A stretch of DNA of 64,000 bases from assembly GCA_964057225.1 (NCBI GenBank), contig OZ059895.1:682001-746000 (forward strand). Direction: 5' to 3'. Source of the DNA: Auanema rhodensis (lineage: Eukaryota > Animalia > Nematoda). The translations under genes and the position numbers were made by a program. Positions 10,601 through 25,627 of the stretch are shown here, in pieces (the first letter of the stretch is position 1; every line of letters begins with the position of its first letter). Under the pieces are notes generated by a model, which ran no database searches, had not been told where the DNA came from, and worked only from the letters and a program-made list of their open reading frames with translations.

Positions 10601-13600
10601 TTTTCGAAAAATTTCAAAACAATTTAGCAAAAAGTAGATGTTTTTAGATTCCATTTTTCAAGGCAAAGACGATGGACAATGTTATTCAACGAAAAAAATA
10701 ATTCTTCAGGGTGAAAATCGAGGATATAAGTGTGAACTTATATCAGTTGATATCTTGGTGCATTTTTAAGCTAGCGCAAATCTGATAACACAGATCGACG
10801 CAGCTTAAAAATCCGCATCGAAAGCACTATACTACATTGAAAAACGCTTGATACAAAAATTAGTTATGATCGTTTGAAAAATGATGCATTAGTGTATGTT
10901 GAGTTTCCATGTACACTCAACATTGCTTCCAAAAACATTTTGACAAAAATTTTTTCGAAAAATTTCAAAATAATGTAGCAAAAAGTAGATGTTTTTAGAT
11001 TCCTTTTTTCAAGGCGAAGACGATGGACAAAGTTATTCAACGAAAAAATTGATTCTTCAGGGTGAAAATCGAGGATATAAGTGTGAACTTATATCAGTTG
11101 ATATCTCGGTGCATATTTAAGTTAGCGCAAATCTGATAACACAGATCGACGCAGCTTACAAATCCGCATCGAATGCACTATACTACATTGAGAAACGCTT
11201 GATACAAAAATTAGTTATGATCGTTTGAAAAATGATGCATTAGTGTATGTTGAGTTTCCATGTACACTCAACATTGCTTCCAAAAACATTTTGACAAAAA
11301 TTTTTTCGAAAAATTTCAAAATAATTTAGCAAAAAGTAGATGTTTTTAGATTCCATTTTTCAAGGCAAAGACGATGGACAATGTTATTCAACGAAAAAAT
11401 TAATTCTTCAGTGTGAAAATCGAGGATATAAGTGTGAACTTATATCAGTTGATATCTCGGTGCATTTTTAAGCTAGCGCAAATCTGATAACACAGATCGA
11501 CGCAGCTTAAAAATCCGCATCGAATGCACTATACTACATTGAGAAACGCTTGATACAAAAATTAGTTATGATCGTTTGAAAAATGATGCATTAGTGTATG
11601 TTGAGTTTCCATGTACACTCAACATTGCTTCCAAAAACATTTTGACAAAAATTTTTTCGAAAAATTTCAAAATAATGTAGCAAAAAGTAGATGTTTTTAG
11701 ATTCCTTTTTTCAAGGCGAAGACGATGGACAAAGTTATTCAACGAAAAAATTGATTCTTCAGGGTGAAAATCGAGGATATAAGTGTGAACTTATATCAGT
11801 TGATATCTCGGTGCATTTTTAAGCTAGCGCAAATCTGATAACACAGATCGACGCAGCTTAAAAATCCGCATCGAATGCACTATACTACATTGAGAAACGC
11901 TAAATACAAAAATTAGTTATGATCGTTTGAAAAATGATGCATTAGTGTATGTTGAGTTTCCATGTACACTCAACATTGCTTCCAAAAACATTTTGACAAA
12001 AATTTTTTCGAAAAATTTCAAAATAATGTAGCAAAAAGTAGATGTTTTTAGATTCCTTATTTCAAGGCAAAAACGATAGACAATGTTATTCAACGAAAAA
12101 ATTAATTCTTCAGTGTGAAAGTCGAGGATATAAGTGTGAACTTATATCAGTTGATATATCGGTGCATTTTTAAGTTAGCGCAAATCTGATAACACAGATC
12201 GACGCAGCTCACAAATCCGCATCGAATGCACTATACTACATTGAGAAACGCTTGATACAAAAATTAGTTATGATCGTTTGAAAAATGATGCATTAGTGTA
12301 TGTTGAGTTTCCATGTACACTCAACATTGCTTCCAAAAACATTTTGACAAAAATTTTTTCGAAAAATTTCAAAATAATGTAGCAAAAAGTAGATGTTTTT
12401 AGATTCCTTATTTCAAGGCAGAAACGATAGACAATGTTATTCAACGAAAAAATTAATTCTTCAGTGTGAAAGTCGAGGATATAAGTGTGAACTTATATCA
12501 GTTGATATCTCGGTGCATTTTTAAGTTAGCGCAAATCTGATAACACAGATCGACGCAGCTCACAAATCCGCATCGAATGCACTATACTACATTGAAAAAC
12601 GCTTGATACAAAAATTAGTTATGATCGTTTGAAAAATGATGCATTAGTGTATGTTGAGTTTCCATGTGCACTCAACATTGCTTCCAAAAACATTTTGACA
12701 AAAATTTTTTCGAAAAATTTCAAAATAATTTAGCAAAAAGTAGATGTTTTTAGATTCCATTTTTCAAGGCAAAGACGATGGACAATGTTATTTAACGAAA
12801 AAATTAATTCTTCAGTGTGAAAATCGAGGATATAAGTGTGAACTTATATCAGTTGATATCTCGGTGCATTTTTAAGCTAGCGCAAATCTGATAACACAGA
12901 TCGACGCAGCTTAAAAATCCGCATCGAATGCACTATACTACATTGAGAAACGCTTGATACAAAAATTAGTTATGATCGTTTGAAAAATGATGCATTAGTG
13001 TATGTTGAGTTTCCATGTACACTCAACATTGCTTCCAAAAACATTTTGACAAAAATTTTTTCGAAAAATTTCAAAATAATGTAGCAAAAAGTAGATGTTT
13101 TTAGATTCCTTTTTTCAAGGCGAAGACGATGGACAAAGTTATTCAACGAAAAAATTGATTCTTCAGGGTGAAAATCGAGGATATAAGTGTGAACTTATAT
13201 CAGTTGATATCTCGGTGCATTTTTAAGCTAGCGCAAATCTGATAACACAGATCGACGCAGCTTAAAAATCCGCATCGAATGCACTATACTACATTGAGAA
13301 ACGCTTGATACAAAAATTAGTTATGATCGTTTGAAAAATGATGCATTAGTGTATGTTGAGTTTCCATGTACACTCAACATTGCTTCCAAAAACATTTTGA
13401 CAAAAATTTTTTCGAAAAATTTCAAAATAATGTAGCAAAAAGTAGATGTTTTTAGATTCCTTTTTTCAAGGCGAAGACGATGGACAAAGTTATTCAACGA
13501 AAAAATTGATTCTTCAGGGTGAAAATCGAGGATATAAGTGTGAACTTATATCAGTTGATATCTCGGTGCATTTTTAAGCTAGCGCAAATCTGATAACACA

Positions 13601-16600
13601 GATCGACGCAGCTTAAAAATCCGCATCGAATGCACTATACTACATTGAGAAACGCTAAATACAAAAATTAGTTATGATCGTTTGAAAAATGATGCATTAG
13701 TGTATGTTGAGTTTCCATGTACACTCAACATTGCTTCCAAAAACATTTTGACAAAAATTTTTTCGAAAAATTTCAAAATAATGTAGCAAAAAGTAGATGT
13801 TTTTAGATTCCTTATTTCAAGGCAAAAACGATAGACAATGTTATTCAACGAAAAAATTAATTCTTCAGTGTGAAAGTCGAGGATATAAGTGTGAACTTAT
13901 ATCAGTTGATATATCGGTGCATTTTTAAGTTAGCGCAAATCTGATAACACAGATCGACGCAGCTCACAAATCCGCATCGAATGCACTATACTACATTGAG
14001 AAACGCTTGATACAAAAATTAGTTATGATCGTTTGAAAAATGATGCATTAGTGTATGTTGAGTTTCCATGTACACTCAACATTGCTTCCAAAAACATTTT
14101 GACAAAAATTTTTTCGAAAAATTTCAAAATAATGTAGCAAAAAGTAGATGTTTTTAGATTCCTTATTTCAAGGCAGAAACGATAGACAATGTTATTCAAC
14201 GAAAAAATTAATTCTTCAGTGTGAAAGTCGAGGATATAAGTGTGAACTTATATCAGTTGATATCTCGGTGCATTTTTAAGTTAGCGCAAATCTGATAACA
14301 CAGATCGACGCAGCTCACAAATCCGCATCGAATGCACTATACTACATTGAAAAACGCTTGATACAAAAATTAGTTATGATCGTTTGAAAAATGATGCATT
14401 AGTGTATGTTGAGTTTCCATGTGCACTCAACATTGCTTCCAAAAACATTTTGACAAAAATTTTTTCGAAAAATTTCAAAATAATTTAGCAAAAAGTAGAT
14501 GTTTTTAGATTCCATTTTTCAAGGCAAAGACGATGGACAATGTTATTTAACGAAAAAATTAATTCTTCAGTGTGAAAATCGAGGATATAAGTGTGAACTT
14601 ATATCAGTTGATATCTCGGTGCATTTTTAAGCTAGCGCAAATCTGATAACACAGATCGACGCAGCTTAAAAATCCGCATCGAATGCACTATACTACATTG
14701 AGAAACGCTTGATACAAAAATTAGTTATGATCGTTTGAAAAATGATGCATTAGTGTATGTTGAGTTTCCATGTACACTCAACATTGCTTCCAAAAACATT
14801 TTGACAAAAATTTTTTCGAAAAATTTCAAAATAATGTAGCAAAAAGTAGATGTTTTTAGATTCCTTTTTTCAAGGCGAAGACGATGGACAAAGTTATTCA
14901 ACGAAAAAATTGATTCTTCAGGGTGAAAATCGAGGATATAAGTGTGAACTTATATCAGTTGATATCTCGGTGCATTTTTAAGCTAGCGCAAATCTGATAA
15001 CACAGATCGACGCAGCTTAAAAATCCGCATCGAATGCACTATACTACATTGAGAAACGCTTGATACAAAAATTAGTTATGATCGTTTGAAAAATGATGCA
15101 TTAGTGTATGTTGAGTTTCCATGTACACTCAACATTGCTTCCAAAAACATTTTGACAAAAATTTTTTCGAAAAATTTCAAAATAATGTAGCAAAAAGTAG
15201 ATGTTTTTAGATTCCTTTTTTCAAGGCGAAGACGATGGACAAAGTTATTCAACGAAAAAATTGATTCTTCAGGGTGAAAATCGAGGATATAAGTGTGAAC
15301 TTATATCAGTTGATATCTCGGTGCATTTTTAAGCTAGCGCAAATCTGATAACACAGATCGACGCAGCTTAAAAATCCGCATCGAATGCACTATACTACAT
15401 TGAGAAACGCTAAATACAAAAATTAGTTATGATCGTTTGAAAAATGATGCATTAGTGTATGTTGAGTTTCCATGTACACTCAACATTGCTTCCAAAAACA
15501 TTTTGACAAAAATTTTTTCGAAAAATTTCAAAATAATGTAGCAAAAAGTAGATGTTTTTAGATTCCTTATTTCAAGGCAAAAACGATAGACAATGTTATT
15601 CAACGAAAAAATTAATTCTTCAGTGTGAAAATCGAGGATATAAGTGTGAACTTATATCAGTTGATATCTCGGTGCATTTTTAAGCTAGCGCAAATCTGAT
15701 AACACAGATCGACGCAGCTTAAAAATCCGCATCGAATGCACTATACTACATTGAGAAACGCTTGATACAAAAATTAGTTATGATCGTTTGAAAAATGATG
15801 CATTAGTGTATGTTGAGTTTCCATGTACACTCAACATTGCTTCCAAAAACATTTTGACAAAAATTTTTTCGAAAAATTTCAAAATAATGTAGCAAAAAGT
15901 AGATGTTTTTAGATTCCTTTTTTCAAGGCGAAGACGATGGACAAAGTTATTCAACGAAAAAATTGATTCTTCAGATTGAAAATCGAGGATATAAGTGTGA
16001 ACTTATATCAGTTGATATCTCGGTGCATTTTTAAGTTAGCGCAAATCTGATAACAGAGATCGACGCAGCTTACAAATCCGCATCGAATGCACTACACTAC
16101 ATTGAGAAACGCTTAATATAAAAATTAGTTATGATCGTTTGAAAAATGATGCATTAGTGTATGTTGAGTTTCCATGTACACTCAACATTGCTTCCAAAAA
16201 CATTTTGACAAAAATTTTTTCGAAAAATTTCAAAATAATGTAGCAAAAAGTAGATGTTTTTAGATTCCTTTTTTCAAGGCGAAGACGATGGACAAAGTTA
16301 TTCAACGAAAAAATTGATTCTTCAGATTGAAAATCGAGGATATAAGTGTGAACTTATATCAGTTGATATCTCGGTGCATTTTTAAGTTAGCGCAAATCTG
16401 ATAACAGAGATCGACGCAGCTTACAAATCCGCATCGAATGCACTACACTACATTGAGAAACGCTTAATATAAAAATTAGTTATGATCGTTTGAAAAATGA
16501 TGCATTAGTGTATGTTGAGTTTCCATGTACACTCAACATTGCTTCCAAAAACATTTTGACAAAAATTTTTTCGAAAAATTTCAAAACAATTTAGCAAAAA

Positions 16601-18603
16601 GTAGATGTTTTTAGATTCCATTTTTCAAGGCAAAGACGATGGACAATGTTATTCAACGAAAAAAATAATTCTTCAGGGTGAAAATCGAGGATATAAGTGT
16701 GAACTTATATCAGTTGATATCTTGGTGCATTTTTAAGCTAGCGCAAATCTGATAACACAGATCGACGCAGCTTAAAAATCCGCATCGAAAGCACTATACT
16801 ACATTGAAAAACGCTTGATACAAAAATTAGTTATGATCGTTTGAAAAATGATGCATTAGTGTATGTTGAGTTTCCATGTACACTCAACATTGCTTCCAAA
16901 AACATTTTGACAAAAATTTTTTCGAAAAATTTCAAAATAATGTAGCAAAAAGTAGATGTTTTTAGATTCCTTTTTTCAAGGCGAAGACGATGGACAAAGT
17001 TATTCAACGAAAAAATTGATTCTTCAGGGTGAAAATCGAGGATATAAGTGTGAACTTATATCAGTTGATATCTCGGTGCATATTTAAGTTAGCGCAAATC
17101 TGATAACACAGATCGACGCAGCTTACAAATCCGCATCGAATGCACTATACTACATTGAGAAACGCTTGATACAAAAATTAGTTATGATCGTTTGAAAAAT
17201 GATGCATTAGTGTATGTTGAGTTTCCATGTACACTCAACATTGCTTCCAAAAACATTTTGACAAAAATTTTTTCGAAAAATTTCAAAATAATTTAGCAAA
17301 AAGTAGATGTTTTTAGATTCCATTTTTCAAGGCAAAGACGATGGACAATGTTATTCAACGAAAAAATTAATTCTTCAGTGTGAAAATCGAGGATATAAGT
17401 GTGAACTTATATCAGTTGATATCTCGGTGCATTTTTAAGCTAGCGCAAATCTGATAACACAGATCGACGCAGCTTAAAAATCCGCATCGAATGCACTATA
17501 CTACATTGAGAAACGCTTGATACAAAAATTAGTTATGATCGTTTGAAAAATGATGCATTAGTGTATGTTGAGTTTCCATGTACACTCAACATTGCTTCCA
17601 AAAACATTTTGACAAAAATTTTTTCGAAAAATTTCAAAATAATGTAGCAAAAAGTAGATGTTTTTAGATTCCTTTTTTCAAGGCGAAGACGATGGACAAA
17701 GTTATTCAACGAAAAAATTGATTCTTCAGGGTGAAAATCGAGGATATAAGTGTGAACTTATATCAGTTGATATCTCGGTGCATTTTTAAGCTAGCGCAAA
17801 TCTGATAACACAGATCGACGCAGCTTAAAAATCCGCATCGAATGCACTATACTACATTGAGAAACGCTAAATACAAAAATTAGTTATGATCGTTTGAAAA
17901 ATGATGCATTAGTGTATGTTGAGTTTCCATGTACACTCAACATTGCTTCCAAAAACATTTTGACAAAAATTTTTTCGAAAAATTTCAAAATAATGTAGCA
18001 AAAAGTAGATGTTTTTAGATTCCTTTTTTCAAGGCGAAGACGATGGACAAAGTTATTCAACGAAAAAATTGATTCTTCAGGGTGAAAATCGAGGATATAA
18101 GTGTGAACTTATATCAGTTGATATCTCGGTGCATTTTTAAGTTAGCGCAAATCTGATAACACAGATCGACGCAGCTTACAAATCCGCATCGAATGCACTA
18201 TACTACATTGAGAAACGCTAAATACAAAAATTAGTTATGATCGTTTGAAAAATGATGCATTAGTGTATGTTGAGTTTCCATGTACACTCAACATTGCTTC
18301 CAAAAACATTTTGACAAAACTTTTTTCGAAAAATTTCAAAATAATGTAGCAAAAAGTAGATGTTTTTAGATTCCTTATTTCAAGGCAAAAACGATAGACA
18401 ATGTTATTCAACGAAAAAATTAATTCTTCAGTGTGAAAATCGAGGATATAAGTGTGAACTTATATCAGTTGATATCTCGGTGCATTTTTAAGCTAGCGCA
18501 AATCTGATAACACAGATCGACGCAGCTTAAAAATCCGCATCGAATGCACTATACTACATTGAGAAACGCTTGATACAAAAATTAGTTATGATCGTTTGAA
18601 AAA

Positions 18604-21600
18604 TGATGCATTAGTGTATGTTGAGTTTCCATGTACACTCAACATTGCTTCCAAAAACATTTTGACAAAAATTTTTTCGAAAAATTTCAAATCAATGTAG
18701 CAAAAAGTAGATGTTTTTGGATTCCTTTTTTCAAGGCGAAGACGATGGACAAAGTTATTCAACGAAAAAATTGATTCTTCAGGGTGAAAATCGAGGATAT
18801 AAGTGTGAACTTATATCAGTTGATATCTCGGTGCATTTTTAAGTTAGCGCAAATCTGATAACAGAGATCGACGCAGCTTACAAATCCGCATCGAATGCAC
18901 TACACTACATTGAGAAACGCTTAATATAAAAAAATTAGTTATGATCGTTTGAAAAATGATGCATTAGTGTATGTTGAGTTTCCATGTACACTCAACATTG
19001 CTTCCAAAAACATTTTGACAAAAATTTTTTCGAAAAATTTCAAAATAATGTAGCAAAAAGTAGATGTTTTTAGATTCCTTATTTCAAGGCGAAGACGATG
19101 GACAAAGTTATTCAACGAAAAAATTGATTCTTCAGGGTGAAAATCGAGGATATAAGTGTGAACTTATATCAGTTGATATCTCGGTGCATTTTTAAGTTAG
19201 CGCAAATCTGATAACACAGATCGACGCAGCTCACAAATCCGCATCGAATGCACTATACTACATTGAGAAACGCTTGATACAAAAATTAGTTATGATCGTT
19301 TGAAAAATGATGCATTAGTGTATGTTGAGTTTCCATGTACACTCAACATTGCTTCCAAAAACATTTTGACAAAAATTTTTTCGAAAAATTTCAAAATAAT
19401 TTAGCAAAAAGTAGATGTTTTTAGATTCCTTTTTTCAAGGCGAAGACGATGGACAAAGTTATTCAACGAAAAAATTAATTCTTCAGGGTGAAAATCGAGG
19501 ATATAAGTGTGAACTTATATCAGTTGATATCTCGGTGCATTTTTAAGCTAGCGCAAATCTGATAACACAGATCGACGCAGCTTAAAAATCCGCATCGAAT
19601 GCACTATACTACATTGAGAAACGCTTAATATAAAAATTAGTTATGATCGTTTGAAAAATGATGCATTAGTGTATGTTGAGTTTCCATGTACACTCAACAT
19701 TGCTTCCAAAAACATTTTGACAAAAATTTTTTCGAAAAATTTCAAAATAATTTAGCAAAAAGTAGATGTTTTTAGATTCCATTTTCCAAGGCAAAGACGA
19801 TAGACAATGTTATTCAACGAAAAAATTAATTCTTCAGGGTGAAAATCGAGGATATAAGTGTGAACTTATATCAGTTGATATCTCGGTGCATTTTTAAGCT
19901 AGCGCAAATCTGATAACACAGATCGACGCAGCTTAAAAATCCGCATCGAATGCACTATACTACATTGAGAAACGCTTGATACAAAAATTAGTTATGATCG
20001 TTTGAAAAATGATGCATTAGTGTATGTTGAGTTTCCATGTACACTCAACATTGCTTCCAAAAACATTTTGACAAAAATTTTTTCGAAAAATTTCAAATCA
20101 ATGTAGCAAAAAGTAGATGTTTTTGGATTCCTTTTTTCAAGGCGAAGACGATGGACAAAGTTATTCAACGAAAAAATTGATTCTTCAGGGTGAAAATCGA
20201 GGATATAAGTGTGAACTTATATCAGTTGATATCTCGGTGCATTTTTAAGTTAGCGCAAATCTGATAACAGAGATCGACGCAGCTTACAAATCCGCATCGA
20301 ATGCACTACACTACATTGAGAAACGCTTAATATAAAAAAATTAGTTATGATCGTTTGAAAAATGATGCATTAGTGTATGTTGAGTTTCCATGTACACTCA
20401 ACATTGCTTCCAAAAACATTTTGACAAAAATTTTTTCGAAAAATTTCAAAATAATGTAGCAAAAAGTAGATGTTTTTAGATTCCTTATTTCAAGGCGAAG
20501 ACGATGGACAAAGTTATTCAACGAAAAAATCGATTCTTCAGGGTGAAAATCGAGGATATAAGTGTGAACTTATATCAGTTGATATCTCGGTGCATTTTTA
20601 AGTTAGCGCAACTCTGATAACACAGATCGACGCAGCTCACAAATCCGCATCGAATGCACTATACTACATTGAGAAACGCTTGATACAAAAATTAGTTATG
20701 ATCGTTTGAAAAATGATGCATTAGTGTATGTTGAGTTTCCATGTACACTCAACATTGCTTCCAAAAACATTTTGACAAAAATTTTTTCGAAAAATTTCAA
20801 AATAATTTAGCAAAAAGTAGATGTTTTTAGATTCCTTTTTTCAAGGCGAAGACGATGGACAAAGTTATTCAACGAAAAAATTAATTCTTCAGGGTGAAAA
20901 TCGAGGATATAAGTGTGAACTTATATCAGTTGATATCTCGGTGCATTTTTAAGCTAGCGCAAATCTGATAACACAGATCGACGCAGCTTAAAAATCCGCA
21001 TCGAATGCACTATACTACATTGAGAAACGCTTAATATAAAAATTAGTTATGATCGTTTGAAAAATGATGCATTAGTGTATGTTGAGTTTCCATGTACACT
21101 CAACATTGCTTCCAAAAACATTTTGACAAAAATTTTTTCGAAAAATTTCAAAATAATTTAGCAAAAAGTAGATGTTTTTAGATTCCATTTTCCAAGGCAA
21201 AGACGATAGACAATGTTATTCAACGAAAAAATTAATTCTTCAGGGTGAAAATCGAGGATATAAGTGTGAACTTATATCAGTTGATATCTCGGTGCATTTT
21301 TAAGCTAGCGCAAATCTGATAACACAGATCGACGCAGCTTAAAAATCCGCATCGAATGCACTATACTACATTGAGAAACGCTTGATACAAAAATTAGTTA
21401 TGATCGTTTGAAAAATGATGCATTAGTGTATGTTGAGTTTCCATGTACACTCAACATTGCTTCCAAAAACATTTTGACAAAAATTTTTTCGAAAAATTTC
21501 AAAATAATGTAGCAAAAAGTAGATGTTTTTAGATTCCTTATTTCAAGGCAAAGACGATGGACAATGTTATTCAACGAAAAAATTATTTCTTCAGGGTGAA

Positions 21601-24600
21601 AATCGAGGATATAAGTGTGAACTTGTATCAGTTGATATCTCGGTGCATTTTTAAGCTAGCGTAAATCTGATAACACAGATCGACGCAGCTCACAAATCCG
21701 CATCGAATGCACTATACTACATTGAGAAACGCTTGATACAAAAATTAGTTATGATCGTTTGAAAAATGATGCATTAGTGTATGTTGAGTTTCCATGTACA
21801 CTCAACATTGCTTCCAAAAACATTTTGACAAAAATTTTTTCGAAAAATTTCAAAATAATTTAGCAAAAAGTAGATGTTTTTAGATTCCTTTTTTCAAGGC
21901 GAAGACGATGGACAAAGTTATTCAACGAAAAAATTAATTCTTCAGGGTGAAAATCGAGGATATAAGTGTGAACTTATATCAGTTGATATCTCGGTGCATT
22001 TTTAAGCTAGCGCAAATCTGATAACACAGATCGACGCAGCTTAAAAATCCGCATCGAATGCACTATACTACATTGAGAAACGCTTAATATAAAAATTAGT
22101 TATGATCGTTTGAAAAATGATGCATTAGTGTATGTTGAGTTTCCATGTACACTCAACATTGCTTCCAAAAACATTTTGACAAAAATTTTTTCGAAAAATT
22201 TCAAAATAATTTAGCAAAAAGTAGATGTTTTTAGATTCCATTTTCCAAGGCAAAGACGATAGACAATGTTATTCAACGAAAAAATTAATTCTTCAGGGTG
22301 AAAATCGAGGATATAAGTGTGAACTTATATCAGTTGATATCTCGGTGCACTTTTAAGCTAGCGCAAATCTGATAACACAGATCGACGCAGCTTAAAAATC
22401 CGCATCGAATGCACTATACTACATTGAGAGAAGCTTAATACAAAAATTAGTTATGATCGTTTGAAAAATGATGCATTAGTGTATGTTGAGTTTCCATGTA
22501 CACTCAACATTGCTTCCAAAAACATTTTGACAAAAATTTTTTCGAAAAATTTCAAAATAATGTAGCAAAAAGTAGATGTTTTTAGATTTCTTTTTTTAAG
22601 GCAAAGACGATGGACAATGTTATTCAACGAAAAAATTAATTCTTCAGGGTGAAAATCGAGGATATAAGTGTGAACTTATATCAGTTGATATCTCGGTGCA
22701 TTTTTAAGTTAGCGCAAATCTGATAACAGAGATCGACGCAGCTTACAAATCCGCATCGAATGCACTATACTACATTGAGAAACGCTTAATATAAAAATTA
22801 GTTATGATCGTTTGAAAAATGCTGCATTAGTGTATGTTGAGTTTCCATGTACACTCAACATTGCTTCCAAAAACATTTTGACAAAAATTTTTTCGAAAAA
22901 TTTCAAAATAATGTAGCAAAAAGTAGATGTTTTTAGATTCCTTATTTCAAGGCGAAGACGATGGACAAAGTTATTCAACGAAAAAATTGATTCTTCAGGG
23001 TGAAAATCGAGGATATAAGTGTGAACTTATATCAGTTGATATCTCGGTGCATTTTTAAGTTAGCGCAAATCTGATAACACAGATCGACGCAGCTCACAAA
23101 TCCGCATCGAATGCACTATACTACATTGAGAAACGCTTGATACAAAAATTAGTTATGATCGTTTGAAAAATGATGCATTAGTGTATGTTGAGTTTCCATG
23201 TACACTCAACATTGCTTCCAAAAACATTTTGACAAAAATTTTTTCGAAAAATTTCAAAATAATTTAGCAAAAAGTAGATGTTTTTAGATTCCTTTTTTCA
23301 AGGCGAAGACGATGGACAAAGTTATTCAACGAAAAAATTAATTCTTCAGGGTGAAAATCGAGGATATAAGTGTGAACTTATATCAGTTGATATCTCGGTG
23401 CATTTTTAAGCTAGCGCAAATCTGATAACACAGATCGACGCAGCTTACAAATCCGCATCGAATGCACTATACTACATTGAGAAACGCTTAATATAAAAAT
23501 TAGTTATGATCGTTTGAAAAATGATGCATTAGTGTATGTTGAGTTTCCATGTACACTCAACATTGCTTCCAAAAACATTTTGACAAAAATTTTTTCGAAA
23601 AATTTCAAAATAATTTAGCAAAAAGTAGATGTTTTTAGATTCCATTTTCCAAGGCAAAGACGATAGACAATGTTATTCAACGAAAAAATTAATTCTTCAG
23701 GGTGAAAATCGAGGATATAAGTGTGAACTTATATCAGTTGATATCTCGGTGCATTTTTAAGCTAGCGCAAATCTGATAACACAGATCGACGCAGCTTAAA
23801 AATCCGCATCGAATGCACTATACTACATTGAGAAACGCTTGATACAAAAATTAGTTATGATCGTTTGAAAAATGATGCATTAGTGTATGTTGAGTTTCCA
23901 TGTACACTCAACATTGCTTCCAAAAACATTTTGACAAAAATTTTTTCGAAAAATTTCAAAATAATGTAGCGAAAAGTAGATGTTTTTAGATTCCTTATTT
24001 CAAGGCAAAGACGATGGACAATGTTATTCAACGAAAAAATTAATTCTTCAGGGAGAAAATCGAGGATATAAGTGTGAACTTATATCAGTTGATATCTCGG
24101 TGCATTTTTAAGCTAGCGCAAATCTGATAACACAGATCGACGCAGCTTACAAATCCGCATCGAATGCACTATACTACATTGAGAAACGCTTAATATAAAA
24201 ATTAGTTATGATCGTTTGAAAAATGATGCATTAGTGTATGTTGAGTTTCCATGTACACTCAACATTGCTTCCAAAAACATTTTGACAAAAATTTTTTCGA
24301 AAAATTTCAAAATAATTTAGCAAAAAGTAGATGTTTTTAGATTCCATTTTCCAAGGCAAAGACGATAGACAATGTTATTCAACGAAAAAATTAATTCTTC
24401 AGGGTGAAAATCGAGGATATAAGTGTGAACTTATATCAGTTGATATCTCGGTGCATTTTTAAGCTAGCGCAAATCTGATAACACAGATCGACGCAGCTTA
24501 AAAATCCGCATCGAATGCACTATACTACATTGAGAAACGCTTGATACAAAAATTAGTTATGATCGTTTGAAAAATGATGCATTAGTGTATGTTGAGTTTC

Positions 24601-25627
24601 CATGTACACTCAACATTGCTTCCAAAAACATTTTGACAAAAATTTTTTCGAAAAATTTCAAAATAATGTAGCAAAAAGTAGATGTTTTTAGATTCCTTAT
24701 TTCAAGGCAAAGACGATGGACAATGTTATTCAACGAAAAAATTATTTCTTCAGGGTGAAAATCGAGGATATAAGTGTGAACTTGTATCAGTTGATATCTC
24801 GGTGCATTTTTAAGCTAGCGTAAATCTGATAACACAGATCGACGCAGCTCACAAATCCGCATCGAATGCACTATACTACATTGAGAAACGCTTGATACAA
24901 AAATTAGTTATGATCGTTTGAAAAATGATGCATTAGTGTATGTTGAGTTTCCATGTACACTCAACATTGCTTCCAAAAACATTTTGACAAAAATTTTTTC
25001 GAAAAATTTCAAAATAATTTAGCAAAAAGTAGATGTTTTTAGATTCCTTTTTTCAAGGCGAAGACGATGGACAAAGTTATTCAACGAAAAAAGTAATTCT
25101 TCAGGGTGAAAATCGAGGATATAAGTGTGAACTTATATCAGTTGATATCTCGGTGCATTTTTAAGCTAGCGCAAATCTGATAACACAGATCGACGCAGCT
25201 TAAAAATCCGCATCGAATGCACTATACTACATTGAGAAACGCTTAATATAAAAATTAGTTATGATCGTTTGAAAAATGATGCATTAGTGTATGTTGAGTT
25301 TCCATGTACACTCAACATTGCTTCCAAAAACATTTTGACAAAAATTTTTTCGAAAAATTTCAAAATAATTTAGCAAAAAGTAGATGTTTTTAGATTCCAT
25401 TTTCCAAGGCAAAGACGATAGACAATGTTATTCAACGAAAAAATTAATTCTTCAGGGTGAAAATCGAGGATATAAGTGTGAACTTATATCAGTTGATATC
25501 TCGGTGCATTTTTAAGCTAGCGCAAATCTGATAACACAGATCGACGCAGCTTAAAAATCCGCATCGAATGCACTATACTACATTGAGAAACGCTTAATAT
25601 AAAAATTAGTTATGATCGTTTGAAAAA
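18604..25627. repeat. Satellite subfamily domain B (two 353-bp copies; 'ccattttCcaagg' variant)
   Basis: +2 A copies start at 18604 and 20010. The ttttccaagg variant is in copies starting 19659, 21065, 22118, 23522, 24224 and 25277. Confidence 0.7.

Larger units (their letters stand above)
1..18603. repeat. Satellite subfamily domain A (53 indel-free monomers)
   Basis: Exact 351-bp phase is kept to 18604. Enriched variants: cttGatac, cagTgtga, ccttAtttc...gcaaaAacgatAg, gctCacaaa, aaaGtcg, atgtGcac, cagATtgaa. Confidence 0.75.
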
